Assembly (NCBI GenBank): GCA_951406725.2
Contig: OX597842.1
Coordinates: 11,780,001 to 11,844,000 of the forward strand
Direction of reading: 5' to 3'
Origin: Octopus vulgaris
Taxonomy: Eukaryota
DNA: 64,000 bases
The position numbers and the translations under genes are program-made. Below the pieces are notes generated by a model that saw only the letters and a program-made list of their open reading frames with translations, was not told where the DNA came from and did no database searches. Shown here piece by piece: positions 40,641 to 54,032 of this stretch; the first letter of the stretch is position 1; each line of letters opens with the position of its first letter.

Positions 40641-41923
40641 CTCTTTTTACTCTTTAACTTGTTTCAGTCATTTGACTGTGGCGTTGCTGGAGCACCGCCT
40701 TCAGTCGAGAAAATCGACCCCGGGACTTATTCTTTGTAAGCCTAGTACTTATTCTATCGGTCTCTTTTGCCGAACCGCTAAGTTACGGGGACGTAAACAC
40801 GCCAGCATTGGTTGTCAAGTGATGTTGGGGAACAGACACTGACACACAAACACATATACACACACACACACACACACATATATACACATATATACATATA
40901 TACGACGGGGTTCTTTCAGTTTCCGTCTACAAAATCCACTCACAAAGCTATGATTGGTTCGAGGCTATATCAGAGGACACTTGCCCAAGATGCCACGCAG
41001 TGGGACTGAACCCGGAACCATGTGGTTCGTAAGTAAACTACTTACCACACAGCCACTCCTACGCCTACGTATGTGTGTGTGTGTGTGTGTGTTTGTGTGT
41101 GTGCGTCTGTGTGTAAGTGTGTGTATATGTGTATGTGTGTTTGTGTGTTTGTGTATAAGATTCAGTTGAATTAGGTATTTAAATTAGGTACTTAAACCTA
41201 GGTACCTTGTTAGGTCGATCTAATTTGCACACCCAAATGATATCAGGTGAATATCAAACTCCCAGCGGACAAAACCGGATATAAGGTTCAAGTACTTAGA
41301 TAGTCTTATATGTTGCCATGATATTAATTCGTTTATCACCTTTGTCTAGAATACAGCTACAACTCCCAAAGGATCTAATTTTGGATGATTGAAGACTACA
41401 TTCCCCCTATTGTCTTCCAAGTGTAGGTAACGAGGTCACTATTCGCAATTATTCCTCGCCCCTCCCACACTATAACCTCTATTAACCTTAAATTCTTGTA
41501 GGTTCTACACTACTCTTTACTCTATTACTCTTTTACTTGTTTCAGTCATTTGACTGCGGCCATGCTGGAGCACCGCCTTTAATCGAGCAACTCGACCCCG
41601 GGACTTATTCTTTTGTAAGCCCAGTACTTATTCTATCGGTCTCTTTTGCCGAACCGCTAAGTTACGGGGACGTAAACACACCAGCATCGGTTGTCAAGCA
41701 ATGCTAGGGGGACAGACACACAAACACACTCACGCATATATATATATATATACATATATACGACGGGCTTCTTTCAGTTTCCGTCTACAAAATCTACTCA
41801 CAAGGCTTTGGTCGGCCCGAGGCTGTAGTAGAAGACACTTGCTCAAGATGCCACTCAGTGGGACTGAACCCGGAACCATGTGGTTGGTAAGCAAGCTACT
41901 AACCACACAGCCACTCCTTCGCC
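40137..41923 (-). mobile_element. Three same-orientation SINE family A copies (40137-40516 internally deleted, 40644-41066, 41525-41923)
   Basis: Each is a reverse complement of the family consensus. Confidence 0.9.
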
Positions 41924-42230
41924 TACATAGACTATTTTCTAAACTCATTCTGCCAATGAAATAGCAGTGGAATCAATGTAATTATTTGATAACCAGTTGG
42001 TGATACGAATATGTTAAAGCTGTTTTTTGGGGCCCTTATGTTTGAAGTCCATGCGGTCATCTGACGAAAACGGTTTCTTTGCGATGAAACGGCCGTAATG
42101 GTTTAACACCTGTACATCTTTGTTACTCAATTATATAAATATATATAGATATATAATTTAATAAATAAAATATATGCATACATATATACATATATGTACG
42201 TACCTACATCTACATGTATATATACATGCA

Positions 42231-42280
<50 letters not shown>

Positions 42281-42284
<4 letters not shown>

Positions 42285-43450
42285 TAATAATATAGGGTGA
42301 AATTAATTAATTTGGAATAATCATTAATTTCACCAAGTAGATTTCGGCATGTAAAAGCCTCATTCGAGGAAAGTTTAAGTAATACTAAGTAATTAAGGGA
42401 TTAGCAACGATTTCCCTCACCACACACCGAATTTAGAAATAGCAGTCAAAGAGTTATAGCTATTCTTTCTACTAAAAGGGAGATCTCAGTAAAACCACAG
42501 CACTTGAAAGGCAAACACAGACAGGCAAGAGAGAAAGAAATGACGACAATCTATCATACAATATTAAGTCACCTACGGACGTACGTTTCGAAATTAAGTT
42601 TTAGGAAAGCATAAGAATTAGATAATTATGTCTTACCCAACTTCTTTTCTCATCAGCGTAGGACACTACAATTATGAATAATTGTATATTAAATTTCGAG
42701 ATACTAGAAGGCATCATCTCAACTCAGTATCAGAGCGAGCTAAAAACCGTTACCAGTATCACCAAATTCAAAGTGTGAATGAAAGTTTGTGTCACCAACC
42801 CCTTCCCACCAGCGTGTAGCCAAGACAAGATGTTGTGGTCATTTACTGGGATGAAATATGGTTATCAGTAATAATATAGGGTGAAATTAATTAATTTGGA
42901 ATAATCATTAATTTCACCAAGTAGATTTCGGCATGTAAAAGCCTCATTCGAGGAAAGTTTAAGTAATACTAAGTAATTAAGGGATTAGCAACGATTTGCC
43001 TCACCACACACCGAATTTAGAAATAGCAGTCAAAGAGTTATAGCTATTCTTTCTACTAAAAGGGAGATCTCAGTAAAACCACAGCACTTGAAAGGCAAAC
43101 ACAGACAGGCAAGAGAGAAGAAATGACAACAATCTATCATACAATTTTAAGTCACCTACGGACGTACGTTTCGAAATTAAGTTTTAGAAAAGAAGTTGGG
43201 TAAGACATAATTATCTAATTCTTATGCTTTCCTAAAACTTAATTTCGAAACGTACGTCCGTAGGTGACTTAAAATTGTATGATAGATTGCCGTCATTTCT
43301 TTCTCTCTTGCCTGTCTGTGTTTGCCTTTCAAGTGCTGTGGTTTTACTGAGATCTCCCTTTTAGTAGAAAGAATAGCTATAACTCTTTGACTGCTATTTC
43401 TAAATTCGGTGTGTGGTGAGGCAAATCGTTGCTAATCCCTTAATTACTTA

Positions 43451-43453
<3 letters not shown>
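42281..43453 (-). mobile_element. Non-coding Penelope-like or retrozyme-like element: 584-bp unit, partial second unit and inverted terminal segment, in (TA)n
   Basis: 42281-42603 is repeated from 42865. 43187-43453 is an inverted copy of the unit. Hammerhead at 42572-42662. Confidence 0.8.
42572..42662 (-). ncRNA. Type I hammerhead ribozyme motif
   Basis: cctacg-CTGATGA-gaaa...tttc-GAAA-cgtacg-TC-cgtagg. Perfect 6-bp stem I, palindromic stem III, GUC triplet. Confidence 0.9.
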
Positions 43454-43498
<45 letters not shown>

Positions 43499-43501
<3 letters not shown>

Positions 43502-43761
43502 AGGACACCACAAATAAACGTAGAACTCAACGAGAAACGAAAACATAAAAACAAACATGGAAACGGACTTGTTTTAACAACGAAAAAACAGAGTACAAGA
43601 CAAACAATTGAGTCGAACCAGGGACATCTGATGAAGGGGAAATGTTCCTTGTGTTGTATGTCTTGTACTCTGTTTTTTCGTTGTTAAAACAAGTCCGTTT
43701 CCATGTTTGTTTTTATGTTTTCGTTTCTCGTTGAGTTCTACGTTTATTTGTGGTGTCCTGT
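43499..43761. repeat. Inverted repeat with ~100-bp arms (family shared with 35822-35990)
   Basis: TACAGGACACCAC...GTACAAGACA is the reverse complement of TGTCTTGTAC...GTGGTGTCCTGTA. The spacer contains CTGATGA. Confidence 0.88.
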
Positions 43762-43923
43762 AATCACATATATATATATATATATATATGCATGTATATA
43801 TACATGTAGATGTATGTACGTACATATATGTATGTATGTATGCATATATTTTATTTAATTAATTATTGTATGACTGAGCGCCCTCGCGTCGTTTCGTTTC
43901 GTTTCGTTTCTTTTCTCCAAGTA

Positions 43924-43967
<44 letters not shown>

Positions 43968-43968
<1 letters not shown>

Positions 43969-44236
43969 GAGCTGTGTTCCAGAAGTATTGAGACATTTCG
44001 TGGAGAGGCAGTTCCTTGCTAGCAACCAACTCCTTCCCTCGCCCTCTCTATTGTCCAGAGTTTGCTTCTTAAGCTAAGGGACAAGAGTCTGCGACAAGGT
44101 TTCTGAACTGGCTGGAGTAGCACACGTGATTCGAAGCCAGAGAATCCTGATTTGAAGGAAATCAAAATTTTGCACTTCTTGGAAATCGATAAAGGTCTCT
44201 CCTGCGAAAGTCTGCAAACTTTTGGAATGCACCTTG
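43968..44236. mobile_element. Old mariner-type MITE
   Basis: TA|CGAGCTGTGTTCCAGAAGT ... ACTTTTTGGAATGCACCTTG|TA imperfect TIRs. Confidence 0.55.
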
Positions 44237-44813
44237 TATTTAATGTTTGTGGAGGATGTGAATGCGTGTGGACTAATGGTTAGGGTGCTGGAGTCACAAT
44301 GACAAGGTCGTGCGATCGATTCCTTGCGCGGGAGACACGTTCTCTTCTTCTGCCAAGCACTTCATCTAATGTTGCTCCAGGTTAACCAGCTCTGAAGAAG
44401 CATCGGCCGAATTCATCTACAGAGCTCTCTCCCTCTCGAATCTAAATAGCTCTCTCCCTTTTGCATCACCACTACTTTATTATCTCCCCTTCTTCCTGGC
44501 TTTCCTGTGTGACCCTTCTGTTGTGACCCTTCCTGTGTGGCATTCGTCATGATAGATTGCTAGCCACTACACACTCTTTACTATCTCCCCTTGCATCTGC
44601 ATCTGCATAGCTCTCTCTCTCCCTCACTCGCTACTTCGCTCTCTCCCACTCAAATCTACATTAGTGCTGACAATTTTATGTGTATGTGTGTGTTTGTGTG
44701 TGCATAGTTGAGAGTGTGTGTACGTATGTATATGTTAATGCATACACACACAAACATATACGCTTACACTATACACTTACACACTGAATTCGTTACCATT
44801 ATACAGGCACGAT

Positions 44814-44844
<31 letters not shown>

Positions 44845-44881
44845 AAGTATAATTGGCAGCTGGCGGTTGTGTGAATATTTT

Positions 44882-44919
<38 letters not shown>

Positions 44920-45040
44920 GCATAAATATACACACACACATATGTGTGTGTATGTTTACTTGTATTCTTATATATATACATACATACATGTATACATATA
45001 TATATATATCTATCTATATATATGTATGTATATTTATATC

Positions 45041-45084
<44 letters not shown>

Positions 45085-45197
45085 GTATATATATATGTAT
45101 ATACATATATACTAATATATATATATATACTTTTGGATATGTATATGTATATATATATATGTGTGTACGTGTGTATGTACATGCATATATGATATAT

Positions 45198-45242
<45 letters not shown>

Positions 45243-45384
45243 CATATATATATATATATACATACATACATATATATATATTTCTTCATAAAGTGACTTT
45301 AAAAGGCAAGACAAACAAACATTTATTTAAAATTCAGTACATACCATTAAACTCCGGGAAATTCACTCACAACAATACATATAT

Positions 45385-45458
<74 letters not shown>

Positions 45459-45668
45459 GTGTGTATGTGTGTGTGTCTGTATGTGTGTGTGTCCGTGTGT
45501 GTGTGTGTGTGTGAAAGAAGACGCAAGTGTACAGGCTGTAATGGCCACAGGTCAGAAAAGAACGATGAAGTAACAAGGGAAACTAACCAGATTTATTTAA
45601 TTACGCGTCGAAACATCAGCAGCATCATGGCGATGACTACGTACATATAAATAGCTACGTGTGTGTAT

Positions 45669-45735
<67 letters not shown>

Positions 45736-45864
45736 TGTGTGTGTGTGTGTACGTGTATGTGTGTGTGTGTACGTGTGTGTGTGTGTGTACGTGTGTGTGT
45801 GTGTACGTGTATGTGTGTGTGTGTGTACGTGTGTGTGTGTACGTGTGTGTGTGTGTACGTGTGT

Positions 45865-45912
<48 letters not shown>

Positions 45913-45970
45913 AATGAGTTATGTAAGAAATACCTAAAGTACTCCATCATCAGAACAGAAGTAAATAGAT

Positions 45971-46127
45971 AGTGGATGTGTGGTAAGTAGCTTGCTTACC
46001 AACCACATGGTTCCGGGTTCAATCCCACTGCGTGGCATCTTGGGCAAGTGTCTTCTGCTATAGCCTCGGACCGACCAATGCCTTGTGAGTGGATTTGGTA
46101 GACGGAAACTGAAAGAAGCATGTTGTA

Positions 46128-46188
<61 letters not shown>

Positions 46189-46400
46189 ATGTTTGTGTGT
46201 CTGTGTTTGTCCCCCTAGCATTGCTTGACAACCGATGCTTGTGTGTTTACGTCCCCGTCACTTAGCGGTTCGGCAAAAGAGACCGATAGAATAAGTACTG
46301 GGCTTACAAATAATAAGTCCCGGGGTCGATTTGCTCGACTAAAGGCGGTGCTCCAGCATGGCCGCAGTCAAATGACTGAAACAAGTAAAAGAGTAAAAGA
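45971..46400 (+). mobile_element. SINE family A, near full length
   Basis: Matches the family consensus. Confidence 0.92.
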
Positions 46401-46415
46401 GAGATAGATAGATAT

Positions 46416-46810
46416 GTTTCTTTATTAGCCACACAGACGGGACAGATTACAAGGTAGTGCTTTTCTTTTGGGGATAAAAAAGGGGGGTTAGTTTTCGATC
46501 AAAAGGGATCGTAAAGGGAAAGAAAGAGGAAAGCAAAAGCAAAAGAAGGGGAAAAAATAAAAATATAAGGGAAAAGAAAAAATCGATCAATAGGGATCGT
46601 TATCACAAAAATGTCAATATAAAATGTAAAGGGGAAGACTGGTGAGGTTTACCCGTGGAAAGAAAAGCCTACGGAAAAGACCACGGTAACTTCGGTCAAT
46701 GAAGTCACATGTTACATTTTTTTTTTACAAATAAGTAACTCTGTATTAAATTTTCACAGTTCATAGGATCATACTCAAGGTGGCTTCGTCATTCATACGT
46801 GACATCCTAA
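46416..46810 (-). mobile_element. 3' remnant of a second Tx1-like family
   Basis: Minus strand RMSRMNDEATLSMIL* followed by a 3'UTR with GGTCTTTTCCGTAGGCTTTTCTTTCCACGGGTAAAC (compare copy 1 GGCTTTTGTAGGGTTTTTTTCCACCGGGAAC) and the end GTGGCTAATAAAGAAAC, then (TATC)n. Confidence 0.65.
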
Positions 46811-46828
46811 ATTATTTATATATTTATA

Positions 46829-46973
<145 letters not shown>

Positions 46974-47182
46974 AATAAAAAAGGATAAAATTAATTAATT
47001 ATTAATTAATTCGACCGAGCAGTGTTCGTTGTGTAAAACGACCATTTACGGTATATTTGAAATATTACTTTATAAAAATAGGGTAAAGTAGAAGAAATAG
47101 CCAAATTTTTGGCTGCTATTTCTGAAATGCTCGGTGTATGGTAAAGCAAATTATTTTACTTTACCCTATTTATATAAAGTAC

Positions 47183-47332
<150 letters not shown>

Positions 47333-47462
47333 GTATATATGTATATACAGGTGTATAAGGGTTGAATGTGGATTCGTTCTTTAATTGAAGGTTTCCAAAC
47401 ACAATTTCTAATGTTGATTCTTCATACTTTGCTGGGCGTTTACAGGCGTAAATTTGCGAAGA

Positions 47463-47690
47463 TATGGAAGTAGTTCTTGTAATATAATATGCGGTGAATT
47501 TTCTGGAATGGTGTCCCATAAATCTCATCAATTTTATTAAAAGTCTAGGAGACAATTTGTTAAAATTTAGAAGCTTAAACTTATAAATTTCAACAAGTTG
47601 TCTCCTCGACTTTTTAATAAAATTGATGAGATTTATGGGACACCATTCCGGAAATTCACCGCATATTATATTACAAGAACTACCATTCCA
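47463..47690. repeat. Inverted repeat with ~100-bp arms and a 16-bp spacer
   Basis: GTAGTTCTTGTAATATAATATGCGGTGAATT... mirrored by ...AATTCACCGCATATTATATTACAAGAACTAC. Confidence 0.9.
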
Positions 47691-47770
47691 TAAATTCACC
47701 ATATTTTATATACAAGTATATATATATATATTATATTGAGGGTACTGCAATTCGTAGATACCACACGCTA

Positions 47771-48140
47771 AGAGTTATAGCTATTCTTTCTACTAAAAGG
47801 GAGATCTCAGTAAAACCACAGCACTTGAAAGGCAAACACAGACAGGCAAGAGAGAAAGAAATGACGGCAATCTATCATACAATTTTAAGTCACCTACGGA
47901 CGTACGTTTCCAAAAGAAGTTGGGTAAGACATAATTATCTAATTCTTATGCTTTCCTAAAACTTAATTTCGAAACGTACGTCCGTAGGTGACTTAAAATT
48001 GTATGATAGATTGCCGTCATTTCTTTCTCTTGCCTGTCTGTGTTTGCCTTTCAAGTGCTGTGGTTTTACTGAGATCTCCCTTTTAGTAGAAAGAATAGCT
48101 ATAACTCTTTGACTGCTATTTCTAAATTCGGTGTGTGGTG
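47771..48140. mobile_element. Fold-back copy of the 42281 family (another at 51251-51510)
   Basis: Direct and inverted halves meet inside the hammerhead (GGACGTACGTTTC | CAAAAGAAGTTGGG). Confidence 0.8.
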
Positions 48141-48486
48141 CGGTCAAAACTACTAAAATAAACAAAATTTTACCGAATGCAAAACTTCAAAGCAAGTCGT
48201 TTAAAAAAAAGAATTTAGTTACATATCAACTGTGATTTCACAATTAATGCAGAATATGCATTCTATGTTCATCAGTGCAACAAACTCAAGACATATAAGA
48301 AAAAACGTAACGTTACAAACCCGATAGCCAACCGTAGAATTCGTCGTAGCATGCACGAATGTTTATCTTTACATATTTATGAAAATGACGGGCTTATTCG
48401 CAATGCATTTCGGTTACAAATTGCTTACTCGGAACAAAGTTCTTATAATTACTGATAATTTCTTATAAAGATTTTATCCTCAATTG

Positions 48487-48543
<57 letters not shown>

Positions 48544-48911
48544 ATGTTTCGCTTATTTTTTTGTGTGTTTTACGACATAAAGATCACCAACTACCTACCC
48601 TAAGTAAATACTGACGACGCGTGCCTAATATATATGTATATATTTACACGTGTATGTGTGTGTGTGTCTATGTGTCTGTGTTTCTCCCCCCCCCCGCCAT
48701 CACCGCTTGACAACCGGTGTGGGTGTGCTTACGTTCCCGTAAGTTAGTGGTTCGGCAAAAGAGAGCAATAGAATAGATACTAAGATTTTAAAAAATAAGA
48801 AAAATGCAAATATTATTCAAGGCGGTGCCCCAGCATGGCCACGACCCAAACAAGAAATTATTAAAAGATTAACGATGTGTGTTTGCGTGTGTGTGTGTGT
48901 GTGTGTGTGTG

Positions 48912-48943
<32 letters not shown>

Positions 48944-49125
48944 TTTCAAGGCTGTCATTGTGGTTCAATTTCTGATCGAATTTTGCACAAGTGATCTACG
49001 ACGATCAGCGTTCCAACCGTGACCATCGCGAGAGATTCGTCATTTATTTTCTAAGAGAGAGACAGACAGACAGAAAGTGAGAGAAAAAATAAGACAGACA
49101 GACAGGTAGGAAGGTAGGTAGACAC

Positions 49126-49156
<31 letters not shown>

Positions 49157-49284
49157 TTCAGGCCAACTCGCGTCTCCATCCCGTCCGATAGTGTTATCGC
49201 AAAGACATTATAAAAGCCATAAACCAATTATTGATATCAAAGTATGAGATAAAAGAGATATGGAAGTATGTGATATGTGGTTGT

Positions 49285-49850
49285 GTGGCGGTGGTCGTGG
49301 CGGCGGCGGTGGTCGCGGCGGTGGTCGCGGCGGTGGTCGCGGCGGCGGTGGTCGCGGTGGCGGTGGTCGCGGCGGCGGTGGTCGCGGCGGCGGTGGTTGC
49401 GGCGGCGGTGGTCGCGGCGGCGGTGTCGGCGGCGGTGTCGGCGGCGGTGTCGGCGGCGGCGGTGTCGGCGGCGGCGGCGGCGGTGTCGGCGGCGGCGGCG
49501 GCGGTGTCGGCGGCGGCGGCGGCGGTGTCGGCGGCGGCGGTGTCGGCGGCGGCGGTGTCGGCGGCGGCGGTGTCGGCGGCGGCGGTGTCGGCGGCGGCGG
49601 TGTCGGCGGCGGCGGTGTCGGCGGCGGCGGCGGTGTCGGCGGCGGCGGTGTCGGCGGCGGCGGTGTCGGCGGCGGCGGTGTCGGCGGCGGCGGTGTCGGC
49701 GGCGGCGGCGGCGGTGTCGGCGGTGTCGGCGGCGGCTGTGTCGGCGGTGTCGGCGGCGGCTGTGTCGGCGGTGTCGGCGGCGGCTGTGTCGGCGGCGGCG
49801 ATGTCGGCGGCGGTGGTGGCAGTGTCGGTGGTGGTAGCAGTGGTGGTTGT
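49285..49850. repeat. CpG-rich (GGC)n-based minisatellite
   Basis: Units GGTCGC(GGC)nGGT switch to GGTGTC(GGC)n. Confidence 0.93.
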
Positions 49851-49929
49851 GTGTATGTGTGAAGGTGCCGTGTAAGGTGAATGACCCAGGGTTCGATCTC
49901 TCTACTTAACATCTTGACATTTGAAAACG

Positions 49930-50017
<88 letters not shown>

Positions 50018-50253
50018 TAAACTCCGTTCTGTCTGTCTGTGTGTGTGTGTATCTTCTAGGACCTCGGGCATCCGCCATCCGATTGCGCTCAAATTTGATA
50101 TGTAGACACCGACGGTATCAGGGCGTGTATAAGTCTTGAAAAGATTACAAAAACTTTATATATAGGGGGAGAATTCACAAAAAACAAAAGACGAAGACAG
50201 GTGTGTAAACAACAAACAGATGTATTAGTATGACGCTCGGGAAGTGAAGAAGC

Positions 50254-50289
50254 CTTTAACGTTTCGAGCCTATGCTCTTCCACAGAAAG
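50254..50289 (-). ncRNA. Minimal hammerhead motif, variant core
   Basis: cttt-CTGTGGA-a-gagc-atag-gctc-GAAA-cg-TT-aaag. Confidence 0.62.
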
Positions 50290-50665
50290 GAACACAGAAA
50301 GAAACAAGGAGAAAAAATAAAGAATGTGTAGTGGCTAGCGATCTATCATGGTGAATATATATATGTATATATATATAGTCAATAATAAAAGGGTAAAATT
50401 AATTAATTATTAATTAATAATTTTACCAAGTAGTGTTCAGTATGTTAAAAGACCATTTATGGTATATTTAAAACATTATGTTATATAATTAGGGTTCAGT
50501 AAAATAATTTACTTTACCACACACCGAACTTTTAGAAATAGCAGCCAAAAAATCTTAGCTATTTCTTCTACTATAAGAAAAGTCTCCCAGACAAAGTATA
50601 CTCAAAAATAATTCACGCAGATATAAAGGGAAAAATAACGAAAGATCACACGCACATAAGATTAC

Positions 50666-50727
50666 TTGAGAACGGACGTTTCTGGATTAGTTGGATATAG
50701 AGATCAACATTTCCGTCATCAGCTCAA
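50666..50727 (-). ncRNA. Type I hammerhead motif in a relative of the 42281 family (50378-50760)
   Basis: ttgag-CTGATGA-cgga...tcca-GAAA-cgtccg-TT-ctcaa. Confidence 0.72.
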
Positions 50728-50770
50728 AGATTTCTTTAGATTTGGATTTATTAAATATATAGCGTAATGT

Positions 50771-50800
<30 letters not shown>

Positions 50801-50801
<1 letters not shown>

Positions 50802-51156
50802 CTTTATATATAAAAGTGAAGTTGTGTGTCTGTCTCCTACGATTTAGATTCCTAACTACTCCCACATAGTCGTGATTCATATCGAGCCCTTCTGGATATT
50901 AGCGCGCGTCTACGATGAGTCAACGATTTAAAAAAAATTTACCATAATTTTTTTCCATTTTAATGCATTTTTTCACTATTATATAAGGGAAGTAACTCTC
51001 TAAAAATGTCTACGATGAGTCAACGATTTTTAAAAAAATTTACCGTCATTTTTTTTCCATTTTTAATGCATTTTTTGCTATCTTTTTACTATAACTCTCT
51101 AAAAATGCTTATATAGTTATTTCCCTTACAAACCCGAGCAACGCCGGGCGATACTG

Positions 51157-51160
<4 letters not shown>
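50801..51160 (+). mobile_element. Non-autonomous Helitron with an internal duplication
   Basis: A|TCTTTATATATAAAAGTGAAGTTGTG ... CAAACCCGAGCAACGCCGGGCGATACTGCTAT. The GTCTACGATGAGTCAACGATTT block occurs twice. Confidence 0.72.
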
Positions 51161-51251
<91 letters not shown>

Positions 51252-51508
51252 GCAACGATTTGTTCACCACACACCGAATTTAGAAATAGCAGTCAAAGAC
51301 TTATGGCTATTCTTTCTACTTAAAAGAGAGAATAGCCATAACTCTTTGACTGCTATTTCTAAATTCGGTGTGTGGTGAGGAAAATCGTTGCTAAACCCTT
51401 AATTACTTAGTATTACTTAAACCTTCCTTGAATGGGGCTTTTACATGCCGAAATCTACTTGGTGAAATTAATGATTATTCCAAATTAATTAATTTCACCC
51501 TATATTAT

Positions 51509-51605
<97 letters not shown>

Positions 51606-51687
51606 TTACGAAAATAAACAAAAGACGAAGGCAGGTGGTGTACAAACAAACAAATGTATTAGTATAGCGCTCAGGAATAGAAAAAGT

Positions 51688-51723
51688 CTTTTACGTTTCG
51701 AGCCTACGCTCTTCTACAGAAAG
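51688..51723 (-). ncRNA. Minimal hammerhead motif, variant core
   Basis: cttt-CTGTAGA-a-gagc-gtag-gctc-GAAA-cg-TA-aaag. Confidence 0.62.
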
Positions 51724-52447
51724 GGACACAGAAAAAAACAAGGAGAGAAACAAGGAGAGAAAAAAAACGTATGTATATATGTATATATATATATGTGTGT
51801 GTATATATATATATGTATATATATATATGTATATATATATATAAATATATATATACGACTAACTTCTTTCAGTTTCCGTCTACCAAATCGATTCCCAAGG
51901 CTGTGGTCGGCCCGAGGCTATAGCAGAAGACACTTGCCCAAGGTGCCACGCAATGGGACTGAACCCAGAACCATGTGGTTAGTAAGCAAGCTACTTACCA
52001 CACAGCCACTCCTGCGCCTATATATATACATAAATATTTATGTGCGTGTGTGTATGTATGAATATCTATATGTACATATATATATATATACATATATATA
52101 TATACACATACAAACACACACAAATATCTATATTCACATACACGCCGCAACAAATACACGCGCAAGCGTCCATACATACAGAGACACAACAAAACATATA
52201 ACCACATATATATACATACTTGTTTGCTTATAGTAATTATAGGCAGGTCAGGTATCGGAGGCGTTGCCAATCATTCTGAGATTCTTTGATGTGAAGAACC
52301 GTGGAATCAATACGGAAGTGACAGCGCTGAATATATATATACATACATAAATGTGTGTGTATGTGTGTATGCATTTATACGTATATACATATATTTATGT
52401 TTATGTATGCCAGTATCTATATATAAAGAGAGAGAGAGACATATATG

Positions 52448-52517
<70 letters not shown>

Positions 52518-52795
52518 CAGGCATACATATATATGTATGCCTGTTTATGTATATACGTATAAATATATGTATGTATATACATTTTGCATGTACGTATATA
52601 CGTTAAGTATGTACGTATGTATCTTAGGACATTTATATGTGTATCTCTGTTTGTTTGTGTGTGTTTATATAATATAGATAAATAGATAGATATATACATA
52701 TATATACATATATATATATATATATTTATACATATATATATATGCATATATATATGCATATACATATACACACATATATATATATACACATATAA

Positions 52796-52828
<33 letters not shown>

Positions 52829-53019
52829 CATATATACATATATACACGCGTGTCTCGAACAATATCTTTATGTACATATTTATGTTCATACATTACACAT
52901 CTCTTTTTGTGAGAATATATTCACATAAATATGTATGTATGTATATATGTGTATATATATATACATATGCATATATATATATACATATATGTATATACAT
53001 ATACATATATATGTATATA

Positions 53020-53056
<37 letters not shown>

Positions 53057-53618
53057 GTATATATATATGTATATATATATATATATGTATATGTATATAT
53101 ATATATATGTATGTATGTATATGTGTATATATATATAGGTGTATATATAAATATATATTAAGCTACACACACACACACACACCCTTGTACGTAAAGACAG
53201 TTTAAAAACCTATATAAGCGTTTATCATTGTTTGTCTTCTGTGTTTTCCGTCTGACTTTTAACCACCAAACACATAACATAATTCTCTCGAGTCTGCTGT
53301 CTCCTTTATCGTATAGATATATCATTAATATAAATTATATTTATATATACATTCGTCTGTTTAAAGAAAAAACCGCTAGATTCATTTCATCTCTGCTGCT
53401 TTTGTTCAATTTGCAAGATCAAGGAGCAAGTTTTGATAGCCCAACACGGATTTTAGACATAGAGGTTCGTTATCAAGAAGCGACAGTGGTAGAATACCCG
53501 TATGATACACGTGAAAGACACTTGCTTACCTGAAGGCTTTTTTTATAGTCACCATAGATCTGGTGCTGGGCACCACTGCTCCGTTATAGGACCACTCTAA
53601 AGATTTCTTTGAAAACCT

Positions 53619-54032
53619 ATTTTCTTACTACCCACAAGGGGCTACACGCAGAGAGGACAAACAAGGACAGACAAACGGATTAAGTCGATTATATCGACCC
53701 CAGTGCGTAACTGGTACTAATTTAATCGACCCCGAAAGGATGAAAGACAAGGTCGACCTCGGCGAAATTTGAACTCAGAACGTAGCGGCAGACGAAATAC
53801 CTATTTCTTTACTACCCACAACGGGCTAAACACAGAGGGGACAAACAAGGACAGATAAACAGATTTAGTCGATTATATCGACCCCAGTGCGTAACTAGTA
53901 CTTATTCAATCGACCCCGAAAGGATGAAGGGCAAAGTCGACCTCGGCGGAATTTGAACTCAGAACGTAGCAGCAGACGAAATACGGCTACGCATTTCGCC
54001 CGGCGTGCTACCGTTTCTGCCAGCTCGCCGCC
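53619..54032 (-). mobile_element. SINE family C partial dimer with target-site duplication
   Basis: Full unit 54032-53801 plus a 5'-truncated unit 53800-53619. TTGAAAACCT flanks both sides (53609-53618 and 54033-54042). Confidence 0.88.
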
